Positions 33,848 to 38,410 of a DNA stretch of 38,410 nucleotides are shown piece by piece. Each line of letters begins with the position of its first letter. Position 1 is the stretch's first letter. The DNA comes from Octopus bimaculoides (Eukaryota): NCBI RefSeq assembly GCF_001194135.2, contig NC_068998.1, forward strand, positions 31,436,139 to 31,474,548, given 5' to 3'. The notes beneath the pieces are model-generated. The model was not told the DNA's origin and ran no database searches. It saw only the letters and a program-made list of their open reading frames with translations. The position numbers were made by a program, and so were the translations under genes.

Positions 33848-36342
33848 TTAAATGTCCGTGGCCTGGGTTCGAAGAGGAAGCAGGCTTGCTTCCTCGACGA
33901 CCTCAGGTCACACAGAATTGATATTATGGTTGCTACAGAGACAAGGCTGGATAAGCTGCAGGCCTTCTCAACTCTCCTGAAAATCATGTCTACTAGCCAG
34001 GAGGGGTGGAGTAGAGGTGTTGTAGCTTTGCTCCGGAAAAGCCTGGCCCTGTAGACACGTACGATCTTCGTGGACCCAGAAGGCGAGTCGGTCGTTCTGG
34101 ATCTGACATACAGAGGTAAGGACTTCAGGCTGGTTGGCATCTAAGCGCCTGGCACGACACGCAAACGGAATGAGTTCTATCGACGCCTGGAGAACTTTCT
34201 TGTGACATCAAGGACACTAGTTTTGCTAGGTGATTTTACGCTATGCTGGATGCACGCCTGGATAGCGTAGGCTCGAATGCTAGGAAGTGTAACTCACGCC
34301 TCATCGATCTGCTGAAGCGATTTAGGCTGGCAGATCGATACAGACTTGATAATCCGAGCTTTCCAATGTATCAAGTCTTATATAGACAGGATAATAGTTA
34401 ATGTTAGAGATAAGCTGTCCACAGTTTATCAATGTATCCTACACGGATCACAAATTAGTCTCGTGTAGGGTGCATATGGATAAGGTGCATAGACAGGGAT
34501 ATGACTATTGGAAGTTGAACAAGTAATTATTGGATTGTGACACTTACCATATCCAGATTAAGGTGTTAGTAAAACGGGCACTAACTGGCTCTATGATTAA
34601 CAACCGGTGGTGGAGTGTCCTCAAAAGAGCAATTCGACGTGAGTCGATTAGATTTAGCAAGTAGTTAAATCTAGAGCAGACTAGAGTAGAAAGGGAATTA
34701 GTTAAGGCATTAGAAGAGGCGCTGAGGATGGTCTCTGCACCCCATGGATCGACACCTCAATGCCAAACACGATGGATGTAGAAACCAGGCTAAGATAGTG
34801 CACTGGGCCGCGAGGGTATTAATGTTGCCGGGTGGGCTTGTTCGGAAGAAACCCGACCTGGCGTGGAAGCTACGATAAGGTCTGAGGTAGACGAGCATGG
34901 ACAGAAAATCCAAGGACAAGAAGAGATGTGCAAGGATCTTCGCGAGAACTTTGCCATGGGAGGAGCGGGACGCTGGACCATGGGGATGCCCTCCGGCATT
35001 TCCTGGCCGGCGCCTCGCGTCTTTCGGCGCGTGACGCTGAGTGCTGTGGAGGGCCGATCACAGCCGAAGAGGTTTTAGAGGTGCTTTCTGAGTGCCCTGG
35101 GGACAAGTCGCCGGGATTGGATGGTCTNNNNNNNNNNNNNNNNNNNNNNNNNNNNNNNNNNNNNNNNNNNNNNNNNNNNNNNNNNNNNNNNNNNNNNNNN
35201 NNNNNNNNNNNNNNNNNNNNNNNNNNNNNNNNNNNNNNNNNNNNNNNNNNNNNNNNNNNNNNNNNNNNNNNNNNNNNNNNNNNNNNNNNNNNNNNNNNNN
35301 NNNNNNNNNNNNNNNNNNNNNNNNNNNNNNNNNNNNNNNNNNNNNNNNNNNNNNNNNNNNNNNNNNNNNNNNNNNNNNNNNNNNNNNNNNNNNNNNNNNN
35401 NNNNNNNNNNNNNNNNNNNNNNNNNNNNNNNNNNNNNNNNNNNNNNNNNNNNNNNNNNNNNNNNNNNNNNNNNNNNNNNNNNNNNNNNNNNNNNNNNNNN
35501 NNNNNNNNNNNNNNNNNNNNNNNNNNNNNNNNNNNNNNNNNNNNNNNNNNNNNNNNNNNNNNNNNNNNNNNNNNNNNNNNNNNNNNNNNNNNNNNNNNNN
35601 NNNNNNNNNNNNNNNNNNNNNNNNNCAGTTGCGGAGGTTGGGGACCATGGGGGCAGACCCGAGTGATCTGTGTTGCGGTTGAAGTGCAACGGCATATGCA
35701 AATGATGTTACCATCATCGTGTCTGATGAAGGGCAGCTACCTCGTGTAGAAGACGCCATCAAAGGTTACGAGGCGGTGGCAGGGGCAAAAATTAACCAGG
35801 AAAAATCAGTCGGCTTGCAACTCGGCACCTGGCGTGACAAGTCGATGCCTCCCAACAGCGTCGTTGGACGCTGGACGGAGGGCCCGGTTAAATTGCTCGG
35901 AATCTTGTTTGGACCAGATCTCCAGGTGGAGAAAAACTGGAGCGAGGTGGTGAGCAAGATGACGGTCATAACCCAGATCGGGTCTGGGAGGGCCGAGGTT
36001 GTACAGGTGTTTATAGCATCGGTGTTAACCTACCGTCTAACCGTCGTACCTTACTCCGGTTTGTGGCTGACCAAGTTGGAACGGATCCTTTTTCGCTTTT
36101 TGTCGAAAGGGAAATCGCCACTTGTGAGGCGTTCCATCTGCTGCCAAAAACCGTTAAAGGGTCGACTGGGAATGCCTTGGCCGATGATGCGCAAGTATGC
36201 GCTGAGGCTGAGACAGCTTCGGTGCTACCTGGATGGGGAGCAGGTGTGGTCACCGCATGCCAAGCAACTCTTTCCACAACTGAAGTCCCTCAGGAACTTA
36301 GGAGGTGCATGGATCAGGCGAAGACCTAGGACGGGAGAGTAG
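33848..36342 (+). pseudogene. Tx1 ORF2 (APE-RT) remnant
   Basis: Motifs as listed for element D; multiple stops and frameshifts; spans gap 35128-35625. Confidence 0.9.
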
Positions 36343-36764
36343 ATGAAAATATGTGATTTGTAAAAACATATGACATGTTAATAAATATTTGTATATGTAC
36401 AACCATCCAGATCTCGGAATACCGTATTTTTTCTAATATATATATCTGTAATATAATATGTGACAATTATTCAGTTGCCATAATGAAATTCCGAGTTTCG
36501 GATGTCGGGGCGGATATCTGCTCCTGCATCTCGTCAGTTATTAAGACAATCATACAATGCTATGAAAATGACCGTTAAATAAAGGGAAAAAACCCGAAGG
36601 GGAGAAAGTAAAAAAGTTAAAACGCTCATAGAATTCGCGTATGCGCGCATGTACATACATACACATGCGCACACGCACACCCACGTACATGTGCCTATAT
36701 GCATATGCTCACTCACACTCGCGTGAAACACATACACGCCTATATGTGCACATATATCACAAGG

Positions 36765-36960
36765 ATCGCACTTTCCACTGCCGTTGGTGTAAGGCTTACA
36801 CTTGGCTAAGATCTTCCAATGGATGTTGTAATTGACACCTTTTTCTTTTAAGGCCCATATATGACTGGATAATTTGGTTGTTTTTCTTTTATCCCAGTGT
36901 CTGAAGCTCAAGGTTTGATTGTTGAACCTGGCTTTAAAATTCCCCTCTGTGAGACCCACA
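36765..36960 (-). mobile_element. Penelope-like GIY-YIG endonuclease fragment (different subtype from 18771-19163)
   Basis: VGLTEGNFKARFNNQTLSF...TKLSSHIWALK...IHWKILAKCKPY..GSGKCDPC. Confidence 0.75.
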
Positions 36961-36968
36961 TTTTTTAA

Positions 36969-37671
36969 CTTTTCATTCCTAGCCATATTATCTCCCCTAC
37001 ATTGTTATTTTCAGTTCACTACATCTCATAATAAACCTCTGAACGTTCTTTTTAATATTTATAGCCACAGCAAGTATTTACTGTCATGTAAACATATCTA
37101 TATCCGCGTGGCTTTATTTTCTTTCTCTTTCTCTTTGCACATGTATGAGTATAAATATTTTTGTATGGTGTTCCTTCTTTTATGTAAACCCTAATCTAAA
37201 ACAACTAGAATACCTGTATCTATGTATACTAATTTGCAGATATGCCTCTACTACCGTGTTAGTATATACTAACAATTTTTTCCCTGATAAGATTTTCTTA
37301 TATGACATTATATATATTATTTTGTATACTTTGTATACTTATGCGCACCCACTACTCCTAAAAAAATTTTTTCTTGTATTCATAATGCACAATAAACGTC
37401 TATTACTTGACTATTCATTACTAACATAATACCACTGTATATTTCCTTCTCACTTTATGCCAAGCTAGTTCCTTAACTCAGACTTTTATTTATACTTAAA
37501 CATAGTCAATGTATTTCATATCGATACTTATAATTTAAACCCTATATTGTTTTGCTTTTCATTCCTAGCCGTATTATCTCCCCTACATTGTTATTTTCAG
37601 TTCACTACATCTAATAATAAACCTCTGAACATTCTTTTTAATGTTTATAGCCACAGCAAGTATTTACTGTC
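36969..37671. repeat. 117-bp direct repeat (36969-37085 / 37555-37671)
   Basis: 4 mismatches by manual alignment; 586-bp offset. Confidence 0.93.
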
Positions 37672-38304
37672 TACATCTGTAATATTAACAAATAATTTTC
37701 TGTTAAAAAAAATTTTTTTTTTAGTCTGTTACATACAAATGAATATTAGTTCTTACACCAACACAACTCCATTTTAAGTAGCTCTTTAAGCATTTCTACC
37801 CCTTAATACTTGTTTACGTTACATTCTAGCAGCTATCTATTCACTACATCCTCTAGTTTAGCTTCATTCTCATGTACAATTTTTAAAAAAAATATACACC
37901 ACACTTAATATTGTTTATAACTGTCAGGTCATATCCTAATTCAAACATGCCTATGCTTTTCCACTGGACATTTCTATGCAATTCCCTTTACATACACGAT
38001 TTATTTGGAGTTAGAATTATTTATCTCCTTACTCTTCTATAGAGAGAACGTCTCATAAAACATTTTTCACTTATATTTTTAAATAACCGTTAGCTGCCTT
38101 AGTTTTAGTTTATACCTGACTCACATTACTCACATTACTTCTTTCTTTCTCATAAGGATAAATATGAATATCCGAAATCATTCTCTGCTGTTTCCTTTAT
38201 CAAGTCCTTTTTGATAATTTTTTGCTCATACTTCTTGCACTGAGGAGAACAGTGATACATACAAATTTGCTGAGTTTTATGGGATTCCTTTCCATAAATT
38301 CCCA

Positions 38305-38311
38305 TAACACA

Positions 38312-38358
<47 letters not shown>

Positions 38359-38410
38359 CATAACACACATATATATATATATTTATACATAGTATATATA
38401 TATATATATA
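38305..38410. repeat. (CA)n/(TA)n microsatellite
   Basis: Direct reading. Confidence 0.95.

Larger units (their letters stand above)
31700..36342 (+). mobile_element. Near full-length L1/Tx1-type LINE (ORF1, APE, RT), 3'-truncated, defective; element D
   Basis: ORF1 32007-33405 with CFHCGKKGHLRSKC. APE LNVRGL...VATET, LLGDF, YWKLN. RT KSPGLDG, AYANDVT, AKINQEKSVGL, GEQVWSP. Homology stops at 36342 without a 3' UTR. 5' boundary approximate. Confidence 0.9.

Overview
Eukaryotic, AT-rich, microsatellite-rich scaffold with 11 N-gaps. I see no supportable host gene. The SINE and LINE families look like those I associate with Octopus genomes (inference, not verified). The window is a retroelement graveyard. 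It holds L1/Tx1-type LINE pieces (2845-5884 +, 7988-13189 -, 13202-14893 -, ~26570-28050 +, ~31700-36342 +), Penelope-like element (PLE) RT and GIY-YIG fragments, an R4/Dong-like RLE LINE tail, an RTE-like tail, tRNA-like SINEs and a pogo/Tigger-like MITE. Four observations stand out. (1) A head-to-tail Tx1 array sits at one fixed site inside a tRNA-like SINE, with a 12-bp target-site duplication. (2) One member of that array is a complete ORF1-only non-autonomous element. (3) Seven minimal hammerhead-ribozyme-like motifs occur in PLE-type repeats, including core variants, an inverted pair, and a repeat copy that starts at the predicted cleavage site. (4) There are several fold-back structures. 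All alignments and translations were done by eye.
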